From contig NC_083282.1 of assembly GCF_963506605.1 (NCBI RefSeq), positions 15,252,001-15,316,000 on the forward strand: a stretch of 64,000 nt of DNA, given 5' to 3'. The notes beneath the pieces were generated by a model. The model had not been told where the DNA came from. It did not search any database and saw only the letters and a program-made list of their open reading frames with translations. The position numbers and the translations under genes are program-made. Positions 40,400-53,251 of this stretch are shown here, piece after piece; the first letter of the stretch is position 1, and each line of letters begins with the position of its first letter. The stretch is from Zootoca vivipara. Taxonomy: Eukaryota.

Positions 40400-41097
40400 T
40401 TATAAAAAGTATTTATATAGGAAGGACTATTTGTTTTTTAAAGAATCAGAGCAGCTTACAATAATAAAACCATACAGTAAAAAATTTAAAATCAGAGTTC
40501 AGCTATTACAGAAGGATATTTTCTTAGGTTAAGCTTGCCATGTGAAGTGTCACTATAGTATGGAGTAATCCTGCCCTCTGTGTGCAGGGGCAGAGTGTGA
40601 TGACATAGCAAACCTCCATTCATACCACCAGACTAGTCTCCCCCAATCTGGTGCTCTTCTGATATTTTGGAATACATTTTCCATCAGCTTTGGGTCACAT
40701 TGACTAGAGCTGATGGGTTTTCTATTTCAAAAGACCTGGAGCACACAAGGTTAGAGGAAAGCTGCACTAGGCTATCCAAAGACTCCACACATTACCCACT
40801 CACACTGAGTGCTTCATGGTGAGGAATCGAGGGAATTAACCAAGACAATCCATGTATGGAGTGGCTAAACCTGGGGTCTAGTCTGACTCATTCTCCTTTG
40901 CTCCTTGCTAATTGATCAGAAAGTCATGGCATCTAACATCCAACTGAAAATTTCACTGAAAAACTCCCCATGGGGAAGGCGGGACTGTGCCCAAAGAAAA
41001 TGACATAATGTGACATATGATGACACAATCATTCTCTTTGGTGATTAGATATATGTAACTGTTGTTATGAGTAATCTTGTCACTTCACTATCAGTTA

Positions 41098-41462
41098 GTA
41101 AAGATAAAGGGACCCCTGACCATTAGGTCCAGTCGCGGATGACTCTGGGGTTGCGGCACTCATTTCGCTCTATAGGCCGGGGGAGCCAGCGTTTGTCCGT
41201 ATACAGCTTCCGGGTCATGTGGCCAGCATGACTAAGCCGCTTCTGGCAAACCAGAGCAGCACACAGAAACACCGTTTACCTTCTCGCTGGAGTGGTACCT
41301 ATTCATCTATTTGCACTTTGACATGCTTTCAAACTGCTAGGTTGGCAGGAGCTGGGACCAAACAATGGGAGCTCACCCCGTCGCGGGGATTTGAACCACT
41401 GACCTTCTGATTGGCAAGCCCTAGGCTCTGTGGTTTAGACCACAGCACCACCCGCGTCCCTT
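41098..41462 (-). mobile_element. Full-length Sauria SINE
   Basis: Complete SINE body. TSD ttcacKatcagtta at 41084-41097 and 41463-41476. Confidence 0.94.
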
Positions 41463-42249
41463 TTCACGATCAGTTATTACAACCTATATGATAAAACTAC
41501 AGGAAATTAATAGAAATGATATTGAATATATGCAGGAAAATTCTCTTTCACTTGTGTCACAGTGTGTATTTGAAATTATTGCACTTTAAAATAGATCAAA
41601 TCTCCACGACAATGTTATGCCCTGCTGAACTGCTACGAAGAGTTTTGGTTATACATTGTTTCTTTTCTTCAGTACTGGAAGTCTAATTTCACATACTGTA
41701 TCTGAAGTCTCAAAATGCTGGTAGCTCTTATTGTTTCCAGAAGTGCTCTACTACATCAATTATTTGAGCTCCTCCCTCCTCTTGGCCACCTCCAAAGTAA
41801 TTATTATGATTAGCTTTATTAACCATCCATGGGAGGTGACAGCAATAACAGTATTAAATACAGTATAAAATAACAGTATACACAGTATTAAAAGCAGTTT
41901 AAAACAACTTGGAATCATAACCAGAGTGGGTCCTAAAAATATATACCTTAAATGTCAAAGGCCAGGGTAAAAAGGTACATCTTTGGCATATGATGGTAGC
42001 TGTACAATGAAGGATCCAGACACACTTTTGCAGGCAGAGCCTACTTCTGTAAGCCGCCCAGAGTGTTTGGGGAAACCCAGCCGGATGGGCAGGGCATAAA
42101 TAAATAAAAAATATTTATCATCCATCCCTTCAAAACAGCTGAGGGTAGAGGAACTACCAAGAAGGCCACTTATGCTAATCTTAACACCCAAAAGAGTATG
42201 TAGGGAAGGAGGCAGTCTTTCAGACACTTGAGGCCTAAATCATTTAGGG

Positions 42250-42501
42250 CATGGGTCAGCAACCTTTTTCAGCCATGGTCCGGTCTACCGTTCCTCAGAC
42301 CATTTGGTGGGCCGGACTATATTTTGGGGGGGAAATAATGAATGAATTCCTATGCCCCACATATAACCCAGAGATGCATTTTAAATAAAAGGACACATTC
42401 TACTCATGTAAAAGCACACTGATTCCTGGACCATCTGCGGGCCGGATTGAGAAGGCAATTGGGCCGCATCCGGCCCACGGGCCTTAGGTTGCCTACCCCT
42501 G
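42250..42501. mobile_element. hAT (Charlie-like) MITE
   Basis: Termini catgggtcagcaacct / aggttgcctacccctg. 8-bp TSD atttagg(g/a). Confidence 0.85.
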
Positions 42502-42509
42502 ATTTAGGA

Positions 42510-43600
42510 CTTTAAACACTAGAGTTAGCACCTTGAATTGGGCCCAGAATCAAACTGGCAGCCAGAACAGCTGTTTTAAAACAGGGATTATGTGAGTTTT
42601 AAAGGAAACCCAGCCAGTAATCTGGTCACTGCATCAGGGATGAGCATGGGCCAGCTCCACATCGGGTGCATTGCAATAATCCCATCTGGAAGTTACCAAG
42701 GCATGGAGTACCCTGGGCCAAGTCATATCTGTTCAAAAGGGGTCAGAACTGGTGAACCAGCAGGAGCTTGGGGGGGGGAGCATTCCAAGGCCACCTGAGC
42801 CTCAGGTTACAAGGCTGAATCAAGAATCACACCCAAGTTATGGGCCTGATCCTTCCAGGGATGTGCAACCCCATCTAGGACAGGCTATCTCCCCACCTCC
42901 TGGACTTGAGAACTCGTGACACCTAACACCTCTGTCTTTTCAGGATTCAGCTTCAATTTACTGGCTCACATCTAGTTCATCGCCATCTCCAGACACTGGT
43001 CTAACATATCAGCTGCCTCTCTTGATTCAGATGGAGCAGGGAAATAGAGATGGGTTTCACCCACATATGGATGACATTATACTCCAAATCTCCTGGTGAC
43101 AGCTACCAGCTTCATATACATATATTTATATTAAATAGCATGGGAAACAAGATGGAACCCTGCAGGAAACAACAGGACCACTCCCATGGTGCTGAACAAT
43201 AGCCTCCCATAACTACTTTCTGGACATGACCCAGGAGGTACCACCAAAGTACAATGCTGCCAAGCCCCCAGTTCTCTGAGACACCCAGCAGTATCAAAAA
43301 CCACCAAGAGATCAAGGAGAAAAAGCAGAGTCACACTCCTCCCCCCTTTTCTGACAAATGTAATCAATCAGGGAAAGCAACCAGGGCAACTTCAGTACCA
43401 TGGCTAGACCTGAAGACGGACTATACTGGATACAAGTAATCACTGTCTCCCAAGCATGCCTGAGGCTGTACTTCTTTAAAGGAACTCGGCACCACTCTGG
43501 ATGCCTCCATTAGACTTGATCTAACCGTGGCATCCAACTCTGTCCAAATCCAAGAGATTTTGTCCCTGAAGTGCCTCGCAAAGTTGTCACAAGTGGTCTC
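42510..43600 (-). mobile_element. Old degenerate L2-clade LINE
   Basis: Decayed RT motifs FLQGSILFPMLFNI (ORF 43112..43315) and LFLLDLLVVFDT (ORF 43131..43367). It probably continues to about 41800 past the MITE. Confidence 0.7.
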
Positions 43601-44853
43601 CGAGCAAAACTCTCTTAATCAAATGACAAAAGCCCATTCACCACTTGGAAGCTCAAGGATCTGATAATCCTAATATATGCAACTATTGTGCATATTCTGC
43701 AAATAATTTTTGGGTAGCCATTATTTGCAGAATATCCACAATAGTTGCATTGCTCTATTGGTTATCTAACACAAGTCCTTCAGCATCCCTTGATAGGCTT
43801 TCTCCCTTATGAGAGAACACAACCCACTCCTTTCTGCATTTATGGATTTTCAACAGCCACTGCACATAAATAGAACAATCAAAGTGATCTGAAACCGAAG
43901 TCGGGAGCTCCCCCAATATTGTTTTTACATACTTATATATAAGTTCATATTGCATGCAGCTTGCCCTGCATTTTCCCAAACAGGTGCCCATTTTGATGGT
44001 ATTGATTATCTGTCATAGCATAGTCTTTTGTGCTCAGATGCACGTGGCCAGCAAAATACAAGGGTCACAGAAGGGATTCAGCAGGGGAATGACTTGCAAC
44101 ATAGGGAATGTGTGCTGGGACCAATTTATGTCCCTCATTCATGACATGCATCGTAGGCACAGATGACCTAACACCAGGTTCACCTGAGACACAATGATAC
44201 TGTATCACGAACCAGTAGGGGGTGTTGGATAAAGCAGGGGAAGCTAGAATGAGCTGAACTGCAACAATATTTTCCCAGAATGTAGATAATTCTGGCAGCA
44301 AACTACCTACAAACCACCTTAGTACTCGCTCCTTCTTGGGTAAATATGACAGAAAGAAACAGTGGCTGAAAAAGTCACTTATGACTTCCATACTGCTCAC
44401 AAACATCAGAAATGTCAAGGATATCTTTGTAATGGCACACCTTGCGAATGTGAATAGATTACTTGGGCTGGCGGAATGCCACTTTGTATATGCAGAAACT
44501 GCTGCATATGACATTCAGTTTTGCTGGCTTAAAAGAGAATTCATTGTTGAATGTGGTCACGTTTTAGTCAGCGAACCAATGATCAATGTTGAATTTAAAT
44601 CTGGGTTTGAATCCAAGTCCTGCTGCTTTGTAACTGGGCAGCATTAGGCAAGTCGGTTCCGATCTATAAGTTGGAAATAATAACAAGCAATCTATAGGAG
44701 TGCATTTTATAATGCTTTATAATTATCACACAATGCAATTTGATGCATGTTTAATCAGAAGGAAGTCCCACTGTGTTCAGTGGGGCTGCCTTCTAGTAAA
44801 GCATGCAAAGGATTGTCACCATAGTGGGAAATAATATATTTTTTCTATCTTAC

Positions 44854-44954
44854 CAGCAGTAGTCCAGCAGGTGTGGAGGGAGCACTGGGATGTATATGTG
44901 TTGCCAGTACATTGGATATAGCAATGCAGATGACCCATGAATGCAAGCAGTTAA
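44854..44954 (-). CDS. DENND1B: DENND1B internal exon, core DENN domain: [33 protein letters not shown](C)
   Basis: Minus strand reads tttttacttgtag|TTAACTGCT...TACTGCTG|gtaag. It is 101 nt, phase 0 to 2, and the peptide matches remembered DENND1[35 protein letters not shown]. Confidence 0.95.
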
Positions 44955-45380
44955 CTACAAGTAAAAACAAAACACAGAGCTGAAAACAAAGTAACAAATT
45001 CCTGATTTTAACACCAAGAAAAGAAGTTTACAACACCGAATACATTTTACCAAGAACTGAGATGTATCTAAAACATCTGAATGAATGTCATATGAATATA
45101 AACAATATAAAGGCAACACCACAATTAATCACATTCTCATATAGAAAGGCATAGAGAAACAGTTGTGTTCTCATTTCAAAATGAGCAGATTCAGATTTGC
45201 AAGCCTTTCTCAAACAATTATTTTTCTTCAGACATGAATCTACAGGAACAATACTGCCACAGAAAGTGACAAAGGCAACTAGTTCTGTCGCCCTCCCATA
45301 CTCAGGTACTATTCAGACTATGATCACAGCAGAGGATGTAATTTCCTCCTTGGGCTGCTATCATTGCCCAGGATTATTAG

Positions 45381-46730
45381 ACAACTCCAAGCACGCCTGG
45401 AGGATGCGGACCATTTGGATCCCTTCCAATCGGGATTCAGGCCTCATCATGGGACTGAAACTGCCTTGGTTGCACTGGTTGATGATCTCCGGGGGGCTAG
45501 GGACAAAGGTGAGAGCTGTTTCCTAGTTCTGCTGGATCTCTCAGCGGCTTTTGACACCATCGACCATAACATCCTTCTGGACCGTCTAGAGAAGTTGGGA
45601 GCTGGGGGCACTGTCATACAGTGGTTCCGCTCCTTCCTCCTGGGTCGTGTTCAGAAAGTGGTGGTGGGGGGTGAGTGTTCAGACCCCTGGGCTCTCACTT
45701 GTGGGGTGCCTCAGGGTTCTGTACTCTCCCCCATGCTTTTTAACATCTACATGCAGCCGCTGGGAGAGATCATCAGGGGGTTTGGGTTGGGTGTTCATCA
45801 GTATGCAGATGATACCCAGCTCTACCTCTCTTTTAAATCAGAACCAGTGAAAGCAGTGAAAGTCCTGTGTGAGTGTCTGGAGGCGGTTGGAGGTTGGATG
45901 GCAGCTAACAGATTGAGGTTGAATCCTGACAAGACAGAAGTACTGTTTATGGGAGACAGGAGGTGGGCAGGTATGGAGGACTCCCTGGTCCTGAATGGGG
46001 TAACTGTGCCACCGAAGGACCAGGTGCGTAGCCTGGGAGTCATTTTGGACTCACAGCTGTCCATGGAGGCGCAGGTCAATTCTGTGCCCAGGGCAGCTGT
46101 CTCTCAGCTCCATCTGGTACGCAGGCTGAGACCCTACCTGCCTGTGGACTGTCTCGCCAGAGTGGTGCATGCTCTAGTTATCTCTCGCTTGGACTACTGC
46201 AATGTGCTCTATGTGGGGCTACCTTTGAAGGTGACCTGGAAACTACAACTAATCCAGAATGCGGCAGCTAGACTGGTGACTGGGAGCGGCCACCGAGACC
46301 ACATAACACCGGTCTTGAAAGATCTACATTGGCTCCCAGTATGTTTCCGAGCACAATTCAAAGTGTTGGTGCTGACCTTCAAAGCCCTAAACGGCCTCGG
46401 TCCTGTATACCTAAAGGAGCATCTCCACCCCCATCATTCTGCCCAGACACTGAGGTCCAGTGCCGAGGGCCTTCTGGCAGTTCCCTCGTTGCGAGAGGCC
46501 AAGTTGCAGGGAACCAGGCAGAGGGCCTTCTTGGTAGTGGTGCCCGCCCTGTGGAACGCCCTCCCAACAGATGTCAAAAAGGAAAACAACTACCAGACTT
46601 TTAGGAGACATCTGAAGGCAGCCCTGTTTAGGGAGGCTTTTAATCTTTAATCGATTATTTTATTCTTCTGTTGGAAGCTGCCCAGAGTGGCTGGGGAAAC
46701 CGAGTCAGATGGGTGGGGTATAAATAATAA

Positions 46731-46774
<44 letters not shown>
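45381..46774 (+). mobile_element. Young L2-clade LINE, 5'-truncated, with an uninterrupted RT reading frame and an (ATT)n tail
   Basis: ORF 45364..46650 contains LDPFQSGFRP..GTETAL, LLDLSAAFDTIDH, GVPQGS and YADDTQ. There is no endonuclease domain. Confidence 0.96.
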
Positions 46775-46775
<1 letters not shown>

Positions 46776-46963
46776 TCCAAAAACTCTGATGTGCACAAAA
46801 GTAGAAGACTGACTCTTTCAGGAACACATAACGGAATAAACTCCCTCCCCACCCCACCCCACCCCCATGAAAATTAAAGGTGACACCTGTAATTGGACTA
46901 AACAGAAAAAGGCCCCTGAAAAACTCAACTGCTACGGGCAAATATACTGGTAATAGAAAGTAT

Positions 46964-46964
<1 letters not shown>

Positions 46965-47017
<53 letters not shown>
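46965..47017. repeat. (GA)n microsatellite
   Basis: Read directly. Confidence 0.95.
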
Positions 47018-47019
<2 letters not shown>

Positions 47020-47044
47020 AATGTTTTGTTTTCCCTACTTCATA

Positions 47045-47817
47045 CAGTGGTACCTTGGTTTTCAAACTTAATCCGTTCTGGAAGTCCGTTCCAAAACCAA
47101 AGCATTCCAAAACCAAGACGCGCTTTCCCATAGAAAGTAATGCAAAATGGATAATCCATTCCAAACTTTTAGAAACAACCCCTAAAACAGCGATTTAATA
47201 TGAATTTTACTGTCTAACAAAACCATTGATCCATAAAATGAAAGTAATAAACAATGTACTGCAGTTACACAATCAATCAATCAGTGCTGAACTGCATTCC
47301 ACACAGTCACAAAAACAAAAAGCCACAAAAACAAAAACTCGAAATAAATAGCAAAAACAGACAGACCTCTGCGTAACACTCAAAACCGAAGTGTGGCACT
47401 CAAAATGGAAGTGTAACACTCAAAACAGAGCACATTCAGCTTCCGAAAAAAGTTCACAAACTGAAACACTTACAGTGGTACCTCCACTTACGAACGACTC
47501 GACAACCAAATGTTTCGACTTACGAATGGGGGTAATGTCTCGACATCCGGGGGGAAACTGCGGCGGTTTTAGATAGGGATTTTTCGACTTACGTTTTAGA
47601 TAGGGTTGCTTTGACTTACGCATTTTTCCCTTTCCAATGCATTCCTATGGGAAATCGCGTTTCCAATGGCGTTTTTCGACTTACGAATTTTTCGACTTAC
47701 GAAGGTGCCTTCAGAATGGATTAAATTCGTAAATCGAGGCACCACTGTACTGGATTTGTGGTGTTTGGGTTCCAAGTTGTTTGAGTACCAAGGCATTTGA
47801 GAACCAAGGTACCACTG
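47045..47817. mobile_element. Tigger/pogo-like MITE containing a second nested MITE
   Basis: TA|cagtggtaccttggtt...aaccaaggtaccactg|TA. Confidence 0.9.
47473..47747. mobile_element. Nested Tigger/pogo-like MITE
   Basis: TA|cagtggtacctccacttacg...cgtaaatcgaggcaccactg|TA, with internal ttcgacttacg repeats. Confidence 0.9.
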
Positions 47818-48284
47818 TATTGCAGTGAGCTGAAAACAACTGTTTAGAGAGCAGTTTATTCCGGGGGTTACTCTCAGGCAGCTGTGCATAGGATGACAGT
47901 CTAAATCTATTTAGGGAACTTTTGCAGCATTCCCTTGTGGCTAACTTTCCAGGAGCCACATGCCACCATAGTGGGTGTGGCCAAACTGAAAGTGGGCATG
48001 GATAAGTTGAAAGTGGGTGGGCCATCCGACAGTCTTTCATGCCACGTACATTTGTTCTCTTTCACATACACACACATCTGGCTTTCACTCTAACTCAAGC
48101 CCTCCCTGGGCTCTAATTTGGCTTTAGTAAAGTCTCCTATGGAAGCCAAGTCTAAGTTTTTCCTGAGTCCAGTTCTGGGGGGTGACAGAGGTTAGAGTGA
48201 GAGTCTAACTGTGATGCAGGGGGAAGGGGGGGTGGAGGGAACTTATTGCACAGAGAGGAAGAATTCACCCTCCCCTCCCCAGAT

Positions 48285-49645
48285 GACACCTTGTCCAAAA
48301 CTGGCGCCTGAGCCATATTTTCACTGGAAAGGGAGGAATTTCGTCTTGACACCAATGTGGAAGCTCTTATTCCATGATTTTATTTAGTATTTGTTTGCAT
48401 GTATGCTTTTCCAACATGGACTATGGAACACATAGAAAGGTGATGTGTTAAGGGAAATGCCTGTCCCTTTGCTTACTAAACACTACATGCCAAACTGGGG
48501 AGGCCACCATATGCAGCTCTGGACATTAGTGTGTGCTCGTTTTAATTGGAAAGCACTTTTTCCAATTTTGCCACACCAAATCTTGCAAAGTAAAGACAAC
48601 AAGTGACATTGAGGTGGCTCAAACCAAGAGAAAAGGAAGCATGTTCTTCATGCAAAAGCCCCATTGTTCAATCCTTGGCATTTCTGGGTAGGGCTGGGAA
48701 AGAAGACCTCCCTCTGAAACCCTGGAGAGCAGCTGCCAGTGTTGAAAATGCCAGACTAGATGGATCAGTGGTCTGACTCAATATAATGGAAAATGGAAGA
48801 GCAGCGCAGGAGACCTGAATAAAAGCTTGGTGTGCCAAGGGTGAGGCAATCCTAATATGCTTCGCTACAGCAACATGAGACGGGGTGGGGGTGGGGGGTG
48901 GCGGCACTAAAATGGCAAGAAGACAGAACAAAGCTGGCACCATTTACGGAACAACTTTCTGAATAAACGCCCAAACAGCATCTTGTTTGATGAAAGCCGG
49001 GATCATGCTTCTCTGTAATGAGGTGTTAATCTCTGCTAACAATTGTCTCAAGAGCCCAGTCTGCTGTACAATTCACAAAGGGTACAAACAATCCTTCTTC
49101 TGCATAGTATCGAGTTTGGGGCCTTCTCATATTGTTAGCACCATTTGAAATACGAGAGGGATTAACACGAATATGCTTCTTTGGACAAGCCCTTTCCATT
49201 GTTAAAGAGAGCTAGAGCGATTTCATATGAATGAGATATTCCTTTCCAGCAGATACGGCAAGGGCAGATACAGCAAGCTGAATATAACCCATTGCATTGC
49301 TCCGTTATTTTTAGACTCTGCCAATCTACTAGACACCTTGTCCAAAACTGGCGCCTGAGCCATATTTTCACTGGAAAGGGAGGAATTTCGTCTTGACACC
49401 AATGTGGAAGCTCTTATTCCATGATTTTATTTAGTATTTGTTTGCATGTATGCTTTTCCAACATGGACTATGGAACACATAGAAAGGTGATGTGTTAAGG
49501 GAAATGCCTGTCCCTTTGCTTACTAAACACTACATGCCAAACTGGGGAGGCCACCATATGCAGCTCTGGACATTAGTGTGTGCTCGTTTTAATTGGAAAG
49601 CACTTTTTCCAATTTTGCCACACCAAATCTTGCAAAGTAAAGACA
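48285..49645. repeat. Two identical 314-bp direct repeats (48285-48598 and 49332-49645) separated by 733 bp
   Basis: Manual comparison from gacaccttgtccaaaactggcg to gcaaagtaaagaca, offset 1047 bp, with no mismatch seen. Confidence 0.93.
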
Positions 49646-49784
49646 GCAAGGAAGAGCCATGCTTTGGCGTCTCCTACATTGCTAACTTGAGAATAGGGCT
49701 TAAATTAGGCTCCCCCAAAGTAAAGAATAGAATATTGAAGGGTTGTTGAGGGAGATGATTGGGACACAGCCATCCAGTTAAATA

Positions 49785-50074
49785 CAGTGGTACGGTACCT
49801 CGCAAGACGAATGCCCTGCAAGACGAATTTTTCACAAGACGAATGCGTCTTGTGATCTGATGGTGACTCGCAAGACAAATTTGTTTGGGGGGAAAATTCG
49901 TCTTGCAAATCGCGGTTTCCCATAGGAATGCATTGAAATTTAATTAATGCGTTCCTATGGGCAAAAAAGAAATTTCAATGCATTCCTATGGGAAATCGCG
50001 ATTCGCAAGATGAATTTTTCGCAAAACGAATTGACTCGCGGAACGAATTAAATTTGTCTTGCGAGGTACCACTG
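49785..50074. mobile_element. Tigger/pogo-like MITE
   Basis: TA|cagtggtac(ggtac)ctcgcaagac...gtcttgcgaggtaccactg|TA, with internal gcaagacgaa repeats. Confidence 0.9.
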
Positions 50075-52592
50075 TAAAAGGAAAAGAAACAGAGCCATCT
50101 ATGCCCACAAAGGAAAATGGCTGGTGGAAATCTAGGCTCGGCTCTCCTATGGGTCCTGGAAAAGGGGTGGGGCACCAGCCACCTGGACTGCACTGCCTAG
50201 GAGTGGTCAGGGGAGCTCAAATGCTTCTGACAGCTGTTCATACCTCATGCTCTACGGGGCTTTTGCACAGAGATCCTCTATGAACAGACTGAGCAAACCT
50301 AGTGTATTTCAGAGAAGGATGCTTGCATTTCAGAATCATTCTACCATCTGAGTTATAAATTTAAAAAGGGGGGGAGATACCAGCTTTTTTTATTAAAAAA
50401 AAAGCCACACAAAAAACCACGAGACAACTGTTTTGTGCAGCCCTGTTTGCTCTTCGCTCAGATTAATCTAACAGGATTAAATATGGAAAAGAAGAGGGGC
50501 CTGAAAGCTCCTGAGGGATATCATTAGGGCAAATTGCCAAAGAATGAAACATGAGCCAGCCAGGGGAGGCTGGAAGATGCAGTAATACCAAGGGACTTGA
50601 ATGTTCGACAGTTGGAGCTTCAGTAATGTGTGAACTGCGGGTTACAGACTCTGTTCACTGACACATAGAATGTCACTATTGACCACCGAACTGCCCAAGC
50701 TTGACAGCTATACTACAGGCAGCCAAAGATGTCATAATTCCACTGTTAAGCTGCCCATTTCTGATTAAATTTTGCTTCCTACTTCTAAGCCAAACAGCTG
50801 CAATTTTACAGTTGTGTTTCTTCCCCCTTTGTTACTTAAGATAAGTGCCATTTTAATTACTGTTTTCTTGCTAGAGATAATTTAATGTTTCAGCAAATGA
50901 ATAGCTTGCCTTCCTCCTTAATGTTTATTCCGCTGGCTGCATTTCCAATTACCTTCCTAAATAATTTCTGTAATCCTCATGATGCTCTATCATCATTAAG
51001 ACATGCTTTTTTCAGATAATCTTTAAAAGAAACAAATTGGGAATTTAAATATTAAAACTTTCACTAACTATAATCCAAAGAACCAAGCATGTGGCATAAG
51101 TCTTCACACTCAATATTTCTGGACTGTTTCCATAAGGAAGCCAATACTTATCAATATGTATCTCTGAGTTCAGCTTCTGTTTCCCTTCCTGGCCTTCTCC
51201 TGGCCATTTTCTGCTTCAGTACTCAACTACTCTCTCTTTTCAGTGTTCCAGCTTGCTTAAAAGTGTTTCAGCCTTTTCTTTCTTTCTTGCAGCTGTTCAA
51301 CTCCAGCTCCTCAACTTCTCAACTGGGTAACTTCACAACTTTTCTTTTCTTCAACAAACAACATTCTCCAACTCAATTTATCTCTCAATACTATATTTGC
51401 ACCAGTCCATCACCATGCAGCTCCCACTGAAGAATTTGTAGCACTGCATCGTGAGCCTGGATTTGCATGGATGTCGGGTGGGGTAGAGGAGCCTAAGAGA
51501 AGACAGGTTGCAGAACAGCAAGTAACATGGGAGCAGAAAGGGAAGGACGCTGAGATAGGAAAATTTGGTGTTTAAAAACAATGGGAGAGGGGTTTTTTAC
51601 TGGAAGATTTTTTTACAGCTTTTTCATAATACAATAAATAAAAGAAACTAATCTAAATAAAAACAAAAAAGAGAAAGAGAAAAGGACAGAATAGACTGGG
51701 AGGAGAAGAAGACTAAAGGGTTGTTGTCTTAAAAAAAGTTTTTTTAAAAGTAGAAATAGTGGAGAAGTGTACAACAGAGAAGCTAAAACAAAAGGCTAAC
51801 ACAACCAAGCCTTTCTCAATTCCCTTAACGCTGTACTCAAACCTTATTTTAAACCACCACTTTTTCATTCTCAATGTTTTCCCCGCCCACTCTACTCAAA
51901 CCTCTGCTGTTGTTTAACACTGCCACTTTTTTCCTCTCAGTGTTATTCCATACCTCCTTTATTCAAATCTCTCCCATTCCTCAGCTACATCATGTGTGAG
52001 AAATAAATATGTCCCCAAATATTACTGTATTTCACTCTTGGTATCGTGTGCTGTCTTCTACATGAAGTTTCAGATTCTATATAGTAAATTAAAGCAGGTG
52101 TTTTATTAACAAGCAAACACCTATGTATGTACAACATCCATCACTTAAGCCTCTATAATTGACCAAGGTGTCAGGTTTGCTCTTAAGATTTGATTCATCT
52201 TAAATATCTAGTTAACAGATCCTTTGAAGAGGAGGGCTGCAGAATAGAAGAGAGGAGGAGGCATGGAAACGGGGTGGACTGTGTGCAAGTGGTAGTTGAG
52301 AAAAGGAGCAAAAAAAGAGAGGGTTAATGTGAAAATGGAGGAGTCCAAAGGAGTGGATGCCAAAAGGAGGTAGTAGAAGACATGGGGATGGGGTGAATAT
52401 GACTAAGCCAATGTAATAAAAACATTTCAGGAAATGTTGATGGGGTTCTGCACCAAATGCAAATGATAATAATATATGATGGAATTGTGATAGCATTAAG
52501 GATTATTGGAATGATGTTCTTGCTATTATTAGAAGCAAATTATCATTCAGAACAACACTAAAACTACTTAAGTTTCTCTTAACTCCATAGAC

Positions 52593-52728
52593 CAGTGTTT
52601 CCCAACCTTGTGCCTCCAGATGTTTTGGGACTACAACTCCCATCATCCCTAGCTAGCAAGACCAGTGGTCAGGAATGATGGGAATTGTAGTCCGAAAACA
52701 GCTGGAGGCACAAGGTTGGGAAACACTG
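52593..52728. mobile_element. hAT (Charlie-like) MITE
   Basis: Long TIR cagtgtttcccaaccttgtgcctccag. 8-bp TSD ccatagac at 52585-52592 and 52729-52736. The interior is shared with 24558-24693. Confidence 0.93.
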
Positions 52729-52900
52729 CCATAGACCATGTAGCTCAAATAACAATGGTTAATCTAGCAGCAGCTGCAAGACCTGACGTGACCAGTTGGT
52801 GGGGAAATGCTGCAAAACCAAGCATAGTCGACTAGTTGGAATGTTTTTATTATTTCTTATTATTATTTGAAATAATGATAATATTTCTTATTATTATTTG

Positions 52901-53251
52901 GCGGATGCGGGTGTCGCTGTGGGTTAAACCACAGAGCCTAGGGCTTGCCGATCAGAAGGTTGGCGGTTCGATTCCCTGCGGCGGGGTGAGCTCCCGTTGC
53001 TCGGTCCCAGCTCCTGCCAACCTAGCAGTTCAAAAACACGTCAAAGTGCAAGTAGATAAATAGGTACCACTCCGGCGGGAAGATAAATGGCATTTCCACG
53101 CACTGCTCTGGTTCGCCAGAAGCAGCTTAGTCATGCTGGCCACATGACCTGGAAGCTGTACACAGGCTCCCTTGGCCCATAGAGATGAGCGCCGCAACCC
53201 CAGAGTCGTCCGCGACTGGACCTAATGGTCAGGGGTCCCTTTACCTTTACC
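52901..53251 (+). mobile_element. Full-length Sauria SINE
   Basis: SINE body and (acctt)n tail. TSD tattattatttg at 52889-52900 and 53252-53263. Confidence 0.93.

Noticed and set aside
48285-49645. LTR retrotransposon or TRIM interpretation of the 314-bp repeats
   Set aside because: The second copy lacks a 5' TG, there is no PBS, polypurine tract or outer TSD, and the interior contains an old SINE. It is kept as a duplication finding instead.
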